This document shows, piece by piece, positions 9,652 through 17,724 of a stretch of DNA of 32,000 nucleotides (position 1 is the stretch's first letter; every line of letters begins with the position of its first letter). This DNA is from Schaalia meyeri. GTDB lineage: Bacteria > Actinomycetota > Actinomycetes > Actinomycetales > Actinomycetaceae. The translations under genes were made by a program, and so were the position numbers. The stretch lies in NCBI RefSeq assembly GCF_900105015.1, contig NZ_FNLK01000006.1, positions 1 through 32,000 on the forward strand. Direction: 5' to 3'. The notes under the pieces are model-generated. The model did no database searches. It was given only the letters and a program-made list of their open reading frames with translations, and had not been told where the DNA came from.

Positions 9652-9756
9652 GAAGCGTTCAGCGTCGTCGGCGATGCTCACGACACCGCGGCCTGCGCGC
9701 ATCGACAGGTAACAGGGTCGTGCAACGTGCGCCGCCCGCGCCGGGCCAGGGGAGCC

Positions 9757-10314
9757 TCAGGCGAGGACGACTCCCTCCGCGCGCATCTTCTCGCGGGCGG
9801 CCACACCCAGCTCCTCGGTCACGGGAGCCGTCAGGTCGCGCAGGACACGCGTGGCAAAGCCCGCGTGCGCCGCGTCGATCGCCGTGCACGCCACGCAGTG
9901 AGACTCTGCCAGGCCCACGACATCCACCTCGGTGATTCCGGCGGCGGTCAGCGCCTGCTCCAGCGTCGAACCGTCCTGGCAGGTGCCCTCGAAGCCCGAG
10001 TAAGCGGCCTGGTACTGCCCCTTCTTGACGGTCACGTCCGCGCCCACCCGCGCCAGCGCCGGGTGCAGCTCGGCCTGGGCCGTGCCCGCCACGCCGTGCG
10101 GGGGCCAGGTGTCCACGAAGTCGGGGGTGTCGGAAAAATGCGCGCCCGGGTCGATGTGCCAATCCTGCGTGGTCGCGATGAGCGCGTAGTCGCCTCGGTG
10201 GTCGTCCACGAAGCGGGCCACGGCCTGGGCGACGGCGTTGCCGCCCTCAACGGGCAGAGCACCCCCCTCGCAGAAGGTGGGCTGGACATCGACGATAATG
10301 AGCGCGCGGGGCAT
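9757..10314 (-). CDS. pncA: Nicotinamidase/pyrazinamidase (isochorismatase family)
   Basis: 'ALIIVDVQPTFCEGG', metal site 'QDWHIDPGAHF', catalytic Cys in 'AESHCVACTA'. ATG at 10314 with 'gggagg' upstream; the track ORF starts at 10338. Confidence 0.85.
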   Translation of the reverse strand: MPRALIIVDVQPTFCEGGALPVEGGNAVAQAVARFVDDHRGDYALIATTQDWHIDPGAHFSDTPDFVDTWPPHGVAGTAQAELHPALARVGADVTVKKGQYQAAYSGFEGTCQDGSTLEQALTAAGITEVDVVGLAESHCVACTAIDAAHAGFATRVLRDLTAPVTEELGVAAREKMRAEGVVLA

Positions 10315-10444
10315 GCATCCTCCCGGATAATTCGGCATTTTCCCCAGGATATCACTTCGGTCACACCCCGATAAGGGCGGATCGAATCCCGGTGGGATCG
10401 GACGGTTCCCCGTTTGTGGCAGGCAGGCAGTATTGTTAGTGGCT

Positions 10445-12286
10445 ATGAGTCGTATTCTGTCCGCCGTCGCATGGCCCTACGCCAACGGCCCCCGTCATAT
10501 TGGCCACGTCGCGGGGTTCGGTGTCCCCTCCGATGTTTTCTCCCGGTACATGCGCATGGCCGGGCACGACGTTCTCATGGTGTCCGGCACGGACGAGCAC
10601 GGCACGCCCATCCTGGTGGCCGCGGACGGCGCGGGAGTCAGCGCTCGCGAGCTGGCAGACCGCAACAACCGGCTCATCGTCGAGGACCTGGTGGCCCTGG
10701 GTCTCTCCTACGACCTTTTCACCCGCACGACGGCCGGCAACCACTACCGCGTTGTCCAGGACATGTTCGTGACCGTGCGCGACAACGGCTACATGATCGA
10801 ACAGGTCACGCGCGCCGCCATCTCGCCGTCGACCGGCCGCACCCTGCCCGACCGCTACATCGAGGGCACCTGCCCGATCTGCTCCGCCGAGGGTGCGCGA
10901 GGCGACCAGTGCGACAACTGCGGCAACCAGATGGATCCCACCGAACTCATTGACCCGCATTCGCGCATTAACGGCGAAACCCCGCAGTTCGTGGAGTCCA
11001 CCCACTACTTCCTGGATCTGCCCGCCCTGGCGGGGGCCCTCTCGCAGTGGCTGGACCAGCGCGAGCGCTCGGGCACGTGGCGCCCCAACGTCATCAAGTT
11101 CTCCCAGAACTTCCTGAGCGACATCCGCCCGCGCGCCATGACGCGCGACATCGACTGGGGTATCCCGGTTCCCGGCTGGGAGGACCAGCCCACCAAGCGC
11201 CTGTACGTGTGGTTCGACGCCGTCATCGGATACCTCAGCGCCTCCATCGAGTGGGCGAGGCGCACCGGCGACCCCGAGGCATGGCGGGCCTGGTGGAACG
11301 ACCCGGAGGCGCTGTCCTACTATTTCATGGGCAAGGACAACATCGTCTTCCACTCCCAGATCTGGCCCGCCGAGCTGCTCGGATACAACGGGCAGGGTGC
11401 GAAGGGCGGGCAGGCCGGGGACCTGGGCGTCCTCAACCTGCCCACCGAGGTGGTCTCCTCCGAGTTCCTCACCATGGAGGGCAAGAAGTTCTCTTCCTCC
11501 CACGGCATCGTCATCTACGTGCGCGACTTCCTGGAGCGCTACCAGGCCGACGCCCTGCGCTACTTCATCAGCGCGGCGGGCCCGGAGGCTTCGGACGCAG
11601 ACTTCACGTGGGCGGAGTTCGTGCGCCGAACGAACGGCGAACTGGTTGCCGGATGGGGCAACCTGGTCAACCGAACGGCCTCCATGATCGCCAAGAAGTT
11701 CGCACAGATCCCCGCCCCGGGCGAACTGGAGGACATTGACCGCGCCCTGCTGGATGCCGTTGACGCCGGATTCGCCACGGTCGGCGACCTGATCCGCCGC
11801 CACCGCCAGAAGGCCGCCCTGTCCGAGGCGATGCGCCTGGTTGGCGAGGCCAACAAGTATGTGACCGACACGGAGCCCTTCAAGCTCAAGGCGCCCGAGC
11901 AGCGCGAACGCCTGGCCACCGTCCTGTGGACCCTGGCTCAGGCGGTCGCCGACCTCAACCTCATGCTCTCACCGTTCCTGCCCCACGCCGCTAACGACGT
12001 GGACCGCGTCATGGGAGGCGAGGGGCGGATCGCGCCCATGCCTCGCATCGAGGAGGTGGAGGAGCTGGACCCCCAGGTGTTGCCCGCCGACTTTACGGGC
12101 CGGTCCACGTACCCGATCATCACGGGAGACTACGCGAGCGTCCCCACCTGGGGGCGCCATCCGATCACCGTGGGCACCCCGATCGCCAAGCCCACGCCCG
12201 TCTTTGTCAAACTGGACGAGGCCATCGTCGAGGAGGAGCTGGCGCGCTATGCGAACGCGCGCCCCGACGACGTCACGGGCGCGTAA
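10445..12286 (+). CDS. metG: Methionine--tRNA ligase
   Basis: HIGH motif '[10 protein letters not shown]', zinc knuckles '[18 protein letters not shown]', KMSKS-like 'KFSSSHG'. The N-terminus '[16 protein letters not shown]' fits the ATG at 10445. Confidence 0.95.
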   Translation: MSRILSAVAWPYANGPRHIGHVAGFGVPSDVFSRYMRMAGHDVLMVSGTDEHGTPILVAADGAGVSARELADRNNRLIVEDLVALGLSYDLFTRTTAGNHYRVVQDMFVTVRDNGYMIEQVTRAAISPSTGRTLPDRYIEGTCPICSAEGARGDQCDNCGNQMDPTELIDPHSRINGETPQFVESTHYFLDLPALAGALSQWLDQRERSGTWRPNVIKFSQNFLSDIRPRAMTRDIDWGIPVPGWEDQPTKRLYVWFDAVIGYLSASIEWARRTGDPEAWRAWWNDPEALSYYFMGKDNIVFHSQIWPAELLGYNGQGAKGGQAGDLGVLNLPTEVVSSEFLTMEGKKFSSSHGIVIYVRDFLERYQADALRYFISAAGPEASDADFTWAEFVRRTNGELVAGWGNLVNRTASMIAKKFAQIPAPGELEDIDRALLDAVDAGFATVGDLIRRHRQKAALSEAMRLVGEANKYVTDTEPFKLKAPEQRERLATVLWTLAQAVADLNLMLSPFLPHAANDVDRVMGGEGRIAPMPRIEEVEELDPQVLPADFTGRSTYPIITGDYASVPTWGRHPITVGTPIAKPTPVFVKLDEAIVEEELARYANARPDDVTGA

Positions 12287-12326
12287 AGACGCCACCCCTC
12301 CTGTCGAGGCAGGGGGCGGGCTGTTC

Positions 12327-12356
12327 GCGGGGTGGGACTGGCCGGTCCCGCCCCGC
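12327..12356 (+). terminator. GC-rich hairpin after metG (no U-tract)
   Basis: 'gcggggtgggac' (12327-12338) pairs with 'gtcccgccccgc' (12345-12356): 12 bp including one G-U pair, 6-nt loop. Confidence 0.5.
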
Positions 12357-12388
12357 GCGCATGTGGCAGAGGGTGTTAGGTTGAATGC

Positions 12389-13858
12389 ATGGTCGAAGAT
12401 TTTCTCGCGTCCGCCCTCGAAGCCGAGGCTGCATCACGCGCCCGCCAGGATCCCGACTACCCGCTCTTTCACGTCGCCCCACCTGTGGGGCGCCTCAACG
12501 ACCCCAACGGGCTCATCGAGGTGGGTGGTACGTACCACGCGTTCTTCCAATACACCCCCCAGCACCCGCGCAAGCTCGTCTATTGGGGGCACGCCACCTC
12601 CACGGACCTGACCCGCTGGGACTACCACGATCCAGCGATCCTGCCCGATGAACGCCAGGACCGCAACGGAGCCTACTCCGGCACCGCGATCGACGTCGGC
12701 GACCACGTGGAACTGTGGTACACGGGCAACTACAAGGACGCGCAGACGGGGGAGCGTGAGGCGAGTCAGTGCGTCGTCACGACCCGCGACATGGTCCACT
12801 TCGACAAGCAGGTGCCCCCGATCATTGAGCGTCAGCCGCCGGGCTACACCGCGCACTTCCGTGACCCGCAGGTGTGGCGCGACTGTGATGGTTCCTACCG
12901 GATGCTGCTGGGGGTCCAGCGCGAGAACCTTACGGGCGCGGCCCTGCTCTATCGTTCGACGGACCTGCGCTCGTGGGAGTGCGAGGGGGAGATGAGCTTC
13001 CCCGATGCCTGCGGGGCCTTCGAGAGCTTCGGATACATGTGGGAGTGCCCGAACCTCGTGCGCCTCACGGACGAGCAGACCGGGCTGGCTCGCGACGTCC
13101 TCATCTTCTGCCCCCAGGGCATCGCCCCGGAGCGTGAGGGCTTCGAGAACGTCTTTCCGTGCGTCGCCGTCGTCGGCGAGCTGGTCGGCACCGAGTTTCG
13201 CCGGGCGGACGGTTCCTTCGAGGAAATCGATAGGGGGACGGAGTTCTACGCGCCCCAGATCATGGCACGCTCTTTATCGTCGGCCACCGGTGAGCCGACC
13301 ATCCTCCTCGGGTGGGCGGGAAACGCGGGCGAGGACGAGCAGCCGTCGATCGCGTCGGGCGGGTGGGTGCACTGCCTCACCGCGCCGCGCGCCCTCGGCC
13401 TGCGCGGCGGTCGGCTGATCGCTCGGCCTCACCTTCCCGGCCTGCCGCTGGCCCCCGCGCAGCTAAGCGGAGCGGTGGGGGCCGAGGCCGGGGCGGCCAT
13501 CGCGCAGCTGGCGGATTCTCGTTCGTGGCGCCTGGCCTTCGATGCGTCCTACGGGGGTGCGCCTTTATCGGTGCGCATCGGCGCAGGCTCGGGGCTGGAG
13601 ATCACCCTGGAGGAGGAACGCCTGGTCGTGGACCTGACGGGCACGCGTTACCCCCACGGCGGGCGCCGAGTCGTCTCCCTTGCCCCGGGCGAGGCGTCCC
13701 GCGTCGAGATCCTCCACGACCGCTCAATCACCGAGGTCTACCTGGGCGATGGTTCCCGCGTCTTCACGACGCGCAGCTTCCTGCGTGGAGCGGGGGCCGG
13801 AGTGACGCTCGCCGGCGGAGCTTTAGTGACGAACCTGCGCGCCGCGCGCGCCGACTGA
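12389..13858 (+). CDS. Glycoside hydrolase family 32, sucrose-6-phosphate hydrolase / beta-fructofuranosidase (ScrB-like)
   Basis: GH32 catalytic signatures 'RLNDPNGL', 'FRDPQVW', 'WECPNL'. No signal peptide, and the gene is adjacent to a PTS EIIBCA. Confidence 0.85.
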   Translation: MVEDFLASALEAEAASRARQDPDYPLFHVAPPVGRLNDPNGLIEVGGTYHAFFQYTPQHPRKLVYWGHATSTDLTRWDYHDPAILPDERQDRNGAYSGTAIDVGDHVELWYTGNYKDAQTGEREASQCVVTTRDMVHFDKQVPPIIERQPPGYTAHFRDPQVWRDCDGSYRMLLGVQRENLTGAALLYRSTDLRSWECEGEMSFPDACGAFESFGYMWECPNLVRLTDEQTGLARDVLIFCPQGIAPEREGFENVFPCVAVVGELVGTEFRRADGSFEEIDRGTEFYAPQIMARSLSSATGEPTILLGWAGNAGEDEQPSIASGGWVHCLTAPRALGLRGGRLIARPHLPGLPLAPAQLSGAVGAEAGAAIAQLADSRSWRLAFDASYGGAPLSVRIGAGSGLEITLEEERLVVDLTGTRYPHGGRRVVSLAPGEASRVEILHDRSITEVYLGDGSRVFTTRSFLRGAGAGVTLAGGALVTNLRAARAD

Positions 13859-13979
13859 CGCGGGGCGAGGACGGGGGCGCTTCGGCGGCCATCGCTTCGC
13901 CCGTGTGGGCCGACTCTCACCCTCTGACCTGAGAATACGTCCGAAAGGCCTTGCGCCTGCGAGCTTGCAGGCCCTAATA

Positions 13980-13995
13980 TGTCAATCGATTGCTA
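13980..13995. promoter_or_regulatory. LacI-family operator candidate just downstream of a -10-like TAATAT, in front of the PTS EIIBCA gene
   Basis: 'tgtcaatcgattgcta' has the perfect 10-bp palindrome 'caatcgattg' (13983-13992), centred on CG as in LacI/CcpA-type operators. TTGCGC (13951-13956), 18 nt, TAATAT (13975-13980) lie immediately upstream. Confidence 0.55.
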
Positions 13996-14064
13996 CACAC
14001 AGCCCAGCGCGCTGCGTGACGATGACGTCGCGCGTGGAATCATGAGAAAGGAACGTGGTCGGCA

Positions 14065-16083
14065 ATGGATCACGCCAAGGTGGCAGGAGAGGTCGTCGAC
14101 GCCGTCGGCGGTGCCTCGAACATCAGTGCGGCAGCGCACTGCGCAACGCGGCTTCGCCTGGTGATTGCGGACGAGTCCACGATCAACCAGCAGGCCCTCG
14201 ACGACAACGAAGACCTGAAGGGGACGTTCGCCGCCGGCGGCATGTTCCAGATCATCGTCGGACCCGGCGACGTCGACCAGGTGTACGCCCACATGGTCTC
14301 GGACCACGGCGTGCGCGAGGTATCCAAGGACGAGGCGAAGGAAGAAGCCGAGTCGGGCGGCAATCTCTTTTCTCGCTTCATCAAGATGATCGCCGACATC
14401 TTCGTTCCCATCCTCCCGGCCCTGATCGCCGGCGGTCTCCTCATGGCCCTCCACTCGATCCTGACGGCCGAGGGCCTGTTCGCGGAGCAGCCCGTCGTCA
14501 AGATGTACCCGTGGCTGGAAGACTACGACTCGCTCATCAACCTGGTGTCCTCCGCGGCCTTCGCCTCCCTGCCGGTCCTCGTCGGCTTCTCCGCCGCCAA
14601 GCGCTTCGGCGGCAACACCTACCTGGGTGCCGCCATGGGTGCCGCCATGGTCTCCCCGTCGCTGCTGTCCGCATACTCCGTGGCGAAACCCGAGGTGGCG
14701 GCCGGCTTCTGGGCATACACGGACCAGTCCTCCGTGTGGACCCTCTTTGGCCTTGAGGTCACTAAGGTCGGCTACCAGGCGATGGTCATCCCCACCCTGG
14801 TCGTCACCTGGATCATGTGCCTCATTGAAAAGAGCCTGCACAAGGTCCTCAAGGGAACCGCGGACTTCCTGCTCACCCCGCTCATCACGCTGCTCGTCAC
14901 CGGCTTCCTCGCATTCGTGGTCGTCGGGCCCTTCACCCGCGAGGTTTCCAACCACTTAACCGACGGCGTCAACTGGCTCTACACCTCGCTCGGCCTCTTC
15001 GGCGGCCTGATCTTCGGCTTCTTCTACAGCGCCATCGTGGTCACCGGCCTGCACCAGTCCTTCCCCGCCATCGAGATCCCGCTGCTGCCCGTCAACGGCG
15101 GCGTCGGCGACTTCATCTTCCCGGTCGCCTCCATGGCGAACGTCGCTCAGGGCGCGGCCGCCCTGGCCGTCTTCTTCAAGACCCGCGACGGCAAGCTCAA
15201 GGGCCTGGCTGGTGCCGGCGGCGTCTCCGCCGTCTTCGGCATCACCGAGCCGGCGATCTTCGGCGTCAACCTGCGCCTGCGATGGCCCTTCTTCATCGCG
15301 ATGGGCGCCTCGGCCATCGGCTCGGTGGGCGTCGCCCTGCTGAACGTGCGCGGACAGGCCCTCGGCGCCGCGGGCTTCGTCGGTTTCGTCTCGATCGTCC
15401 CCAAGTCAATCCCCGCCTACGTCGCGCTTGAGGTCCTGGTCTTCGCCCTCTCCTTCGGGGTGACCTTCGCCTACGCCGTGACGCGTGGCAAGGCCGACAT
15501 GGCCGGGCGCGCGGCGGCCGCTCCCGCGAAGGCTCCCGCAGTTGCCGCCGCCCCCGCCTCGTCCGCTTCGACCGCGTCCGCCCCCGCCACTGCCCCTTCC
15601 TTCAGCGACGAGGCCGTCGCCGACCTGTCCGTTGGATCGCCCCTGGCGGGCGCCGTGGTCCCGCTCGAACAGGTCAAGGACGAATCCTTCGCCAAGGGAA
15701 TGCTGGGCCCCGGCATCGGCATCGACCCCGCCGACGGCGTGGTTGTCGCCCCCTTCGACGGGACCGTGACCGTCGCGTTCCCCACTGGACACGCCTACGG
15801 CCTGAAGTCCGCCTCCGGTGTGCAGGTCCTCATCCACGTCGGCATGGACACCGTCAAGCTGGACGGCAAGGGCTTCACGCCCCGCGTGGCCAAGGGCGAT
15901 GTCGTGCGTCGCGGTGACGTGCTCGCCGAGGTCGACCTTGATGTCATTCGGGCGGCCGGCTACGAGACCATCACCCCGGTGGTGGTGACGAACAAGAAGA
16001 AGTTCGCGGCCGTAGCCCCCGTCGCGAGCGGCCAGATCCGGCGCGGCGACGCGCTGCTCCAGGTGAGCCCCAAGGAAGCCTGA
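14065..16083 (+). CDS. PTS sugar transporter EIIBCA, sucrose/beta-glucoside family (ScrA/PtsS-like)
   Basis: EIIB 'AAHCATRLRL' with the phospho-Cys, a multi-TM EIIC, an Ala/Pro linker, and a glucose-type EIIA with 'FPTGHAYGL' and 'IHVGMDTVKLDG'. Sucrose specificity is inferred from the neighbouring GH32 gene. Confidence 0.9.
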   Translation: MDHAKVAGEVVDAVGGASNISAAAHCATRLRLVIADESTINQQALDDNEDLKGTFAAGGMFQIIVGPGDVDQVYAHMVSDHGVREVSKDEAKEEAESGGNLFSRFIKMIADIFVPILPALIAGGLLMALHSILTAEGLFAEQPVVKMYPWLEDYDSLINLVSSAAFASLPVLVGFSAAKRFGGNTYLGAAMGAAMVSPSLLSAYSVAKPEVAAGFWAYTDQSSVWTLFGLEVTKVGYQAMVIPTLVVTWIMCLIEKSLHKVLKGTADFLLTPLITLLVTGFLAFVVVGPFTREVSNHLTDGVNWLYTSLGLFGGLIFGFFYSAIVVTGLHQSFPAIEIPLLPVNGGVGDFIFPVASMANVAQGAAALAVFFKTRDGKLKGLAGAGGVSAVFGITEPAIFGVNLRLRWPFFIAMGASAIGSVGVALLNVRGQALGAAGFVGFVSIVPKSIPAYVALEVLVFALSFGVTFAYAVTRGKADMAGRAAAAPAKAPAVAAAPASSASTASAPATAPSFSDEAVADLSVGSPLAGAVVPLEQVKDESFAKGMLGPGIGIDPADGVVVAPFDGTVTVAFPTGHAYGLKSASGVQVLIHVGMDTVKLDGKGFTPRVAKGDVVRRGDVLAEVDLDVIRAAGYETITPVVVTNKKKFAAVAPVASGQIRRGDALLQVSPKEA

Positions 16084-16100
16084 GACTCGGGCGACCCAGC

Positions 16101-16139
16101 GGGTGGGCGGCACCGGCGCAATGCCGGTGCCGCCCACCC
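16101..16139. terminator. Bidirectional GC hairpin between the convergent EIIBCA and LacI-family genes
   Basis: 'gggtgggcggcaccggc' (16101-16117) and 'gccggtgccgcccaccc' (16123-16139): 17-bp perfect stem, 5-nt loop. Confidence 0.75.
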
Positions 16140-16150
16140 GTCAAACCGGC

Positions 16151-17176
16151 TCAGAGCGTCAGCGACCGTCCCCGCAGCAGCGTTCCCGGGAACTCCACGG
16201 TGCGAGCGCGCCCCGCCCCGTCCTGGTCGATGGGGGAGCGTGGCTCGGTGCCCTCGATCTGCCCGAGCAGGATCGCGACCGCCGCCCGTGCGATCTGCTC
16301 AATGGGCTGGCGAATCGTCGCCAGGTGCGGCAGAGCGCGGCGCATCGTCTCCGTCCCGTCGAAGCCGATGACGGACAGGTCGCCGGGCACCGACAGATCG
16401 CGCATGCGTGCCCACTCCAGCACCTCGGCACCCGCCAGGTCATCCGTGGCGAAAACGCCGTCGATGGCTTCGTCGCCGTGAGCGGCATCCAGGGCGTCGC
16501 GCACCATCGCGAAGCGCTGCGGCGCGGGGGTGTCGAAGGGGACGGTCACTACCCGAGCGTGCAGCCCCGCGCGCTCGACCTCGGCGCGGTAGCCAGCCTC
16601 GCGCAGGTTACGAGGCCCCGAGCGGGACGTGAGCAGCAGCGGATGACGTGAACCCGCCTCGAGAAGCGCGCGCGTGGCCATCGCGCCTGCGTTCTCGTTC
16701 GCGCAGCGCACGTTCGGGATCGACGGGCTCAGCTCGCGATCGATCGTCACCAGCGGCATGCGGATCGTGTCGTACTCGCCGAGACCCTCGTTGTGCGCGC
16801 CCGAGATGATGCCGTCCACGCGGTTGCCCACCAGGAGGGACAGGTATTCGCGTTCGCGATCCGCCCGCCCCAACGAATTGCAGATGAGGATGCGATATCC
16901 CGCCTCGGCCAGCGCGTTCTCGACCTCGACGGCGAGTTCCCCGAAGAACGGCAGCGACACCGTGGGCACGATGAGCCCGACCGTTTGGGTCCGCATCCCG
17001 TGCAGCGCCCGAGCCAGTGAGTTCGGGCGGTACCCCAGCGCTTCGATCGCGTCTTTGACGCGCTTCTTCGTCTTTTCCGACAGGTACCCCCGGTTGTTTA
17101 ACACCCGCGAGACGGTCGTCAGGCTCACTCCGGCCAGCTCAGCGACATCGGCCAGCGTGGGTTCGCGGGAACTCAT
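16151..17176 (-). CDS. LacI family transcriptional regulator (probable sucrose/PTS regulator)
   Basis: N-terminal HTH 'TLADVAELAGVSLTTVSRVLNN' followed by a periplasmic-binding-protein-like sugar-binding core. ATG at 17176 with 'aaggaaa' upstream; the track ORF is extended to 17344. Confidence 0.9.
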   Translation of the reverse strand: MSSREPTLADVAELAGVSLTTVSRVLNNRGYLSEKTKKRVKDAIEALGYRPNSLARALHGMRTQTVGLIVPTVSLPFFGELAVEVENALAEAGYRILICNSLGRADREREYLSLLVGNRVDGIISGAHNEGLGEYDTIRMPLVTIDRELSPSIPNVRCANENAGAMATRALLEAGSRHPLLLTSRSGPRNLREAGYRAEVERAGLHARVVTVPFDTPAPQRFAMVRDALDAAHGDEAIDGVFATDDLAGAEVLEWARMRDLSVPGDLSVIGFDGTETMRRALPHLATIRQPIEQIARAAVAILLGQIEGTEPRSPIDQDGAGRARTVEFPGTLLRGRSLTL

Positions 17177-17366
17177 GCGCGCTTTCCTTTCGTTGGTACC
17201 GCTCCATTGTAGTCGGCGCGCGGGCGACGAGCCGGGCGTCACGGTGACGAGGCCGTGGGCCGCCGCGCGCAGCCTCTTTTTGTCCCGGGTGGCCAGGGCG
17301 TCGCGCGATGGTTTTTCGGCATGTATCAGGGTGATGTATTCCATGTGGGGCGTGCGTGATATCGGG

Positions 17367-17444
17367 TTTCAAACGCGCGCCCGACCCCATACGATGGGGC
17401 TTACGGGCACCTGTGTCCCACGATGGGCATACCCGCGTTTGAAA
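17367..17444 (+). promoter_or_regulatory. 11-bp inverted repeat bracketing the ptsH leader; the 3' arm overlaps the ptsH ribosome-binding site
   Basis: 'tttcaaacgcg' (17367-17377) is the exact reverse complement of 'cgcgtttgaaa' (17434-17444). Inside lie hairpin ccccat-acg-atgggg (17385-17399) and a second 'acgatggg' copy (17420-17427). SD 'aagga' at 17443-17447, TTG start at 17454. Confidence 0.4.
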
Positions 17445-17453
17445 GGAACGACC

Positions 17454-17720
17454 TTGATTTCTCGCACTGTTGCTATTGGTTCCTCCGTTGGCCTCCACGC
17501 ACGTCCCGCAGCCGTCCTCGCCGAAGCCGTTGATGATTCCGGCGTCGAGGTGACCATCGAGTTTGACGGTGAGGAGGCCGACGCTGCTTCGCTCCTCGAG
17601 ATCATGACGCTGGGCGCCAAGCACGGCGACGTCGTCACCCTGTCCACCGAGGACGATTCCGCGGGGGAGGTTCTCGATTCCCTCGTGACGCTGCTGTCCC
17701 GCGACCTCGATCAGGAGTGA
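17454..17720 (+). CDS. ptsH: Phosphocarrier protein HPr
   Basis: 'ISRTVAIGSSVGLHARPAA' carries the His-15 motif. 88 aa; TTG start 6 nt after 'gaaagga'. It is the 3' end of the spurious 348-aa track ORF 16674..17720. Confidence 0.9.
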   Translation: MISRTVAIGSSVGLHARPAAVLAEAVDDSGVEVTIEFDGEEADAASLLEIMTLGAKHGDVVTLSTEDDSAGEVLDSLVTLLSRDLDQE

Positions 17721-17724
17721 GCCG

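Noticed and set aside
16674-17453. The N-terminal 260 codons of track ORF 16674..17720 (+).
   Set aside because: Only the last 88 codons, from TTG 17454, are HPr. The upstream part is antisense to the LacI-family gene and crosses the divergent promoter region.
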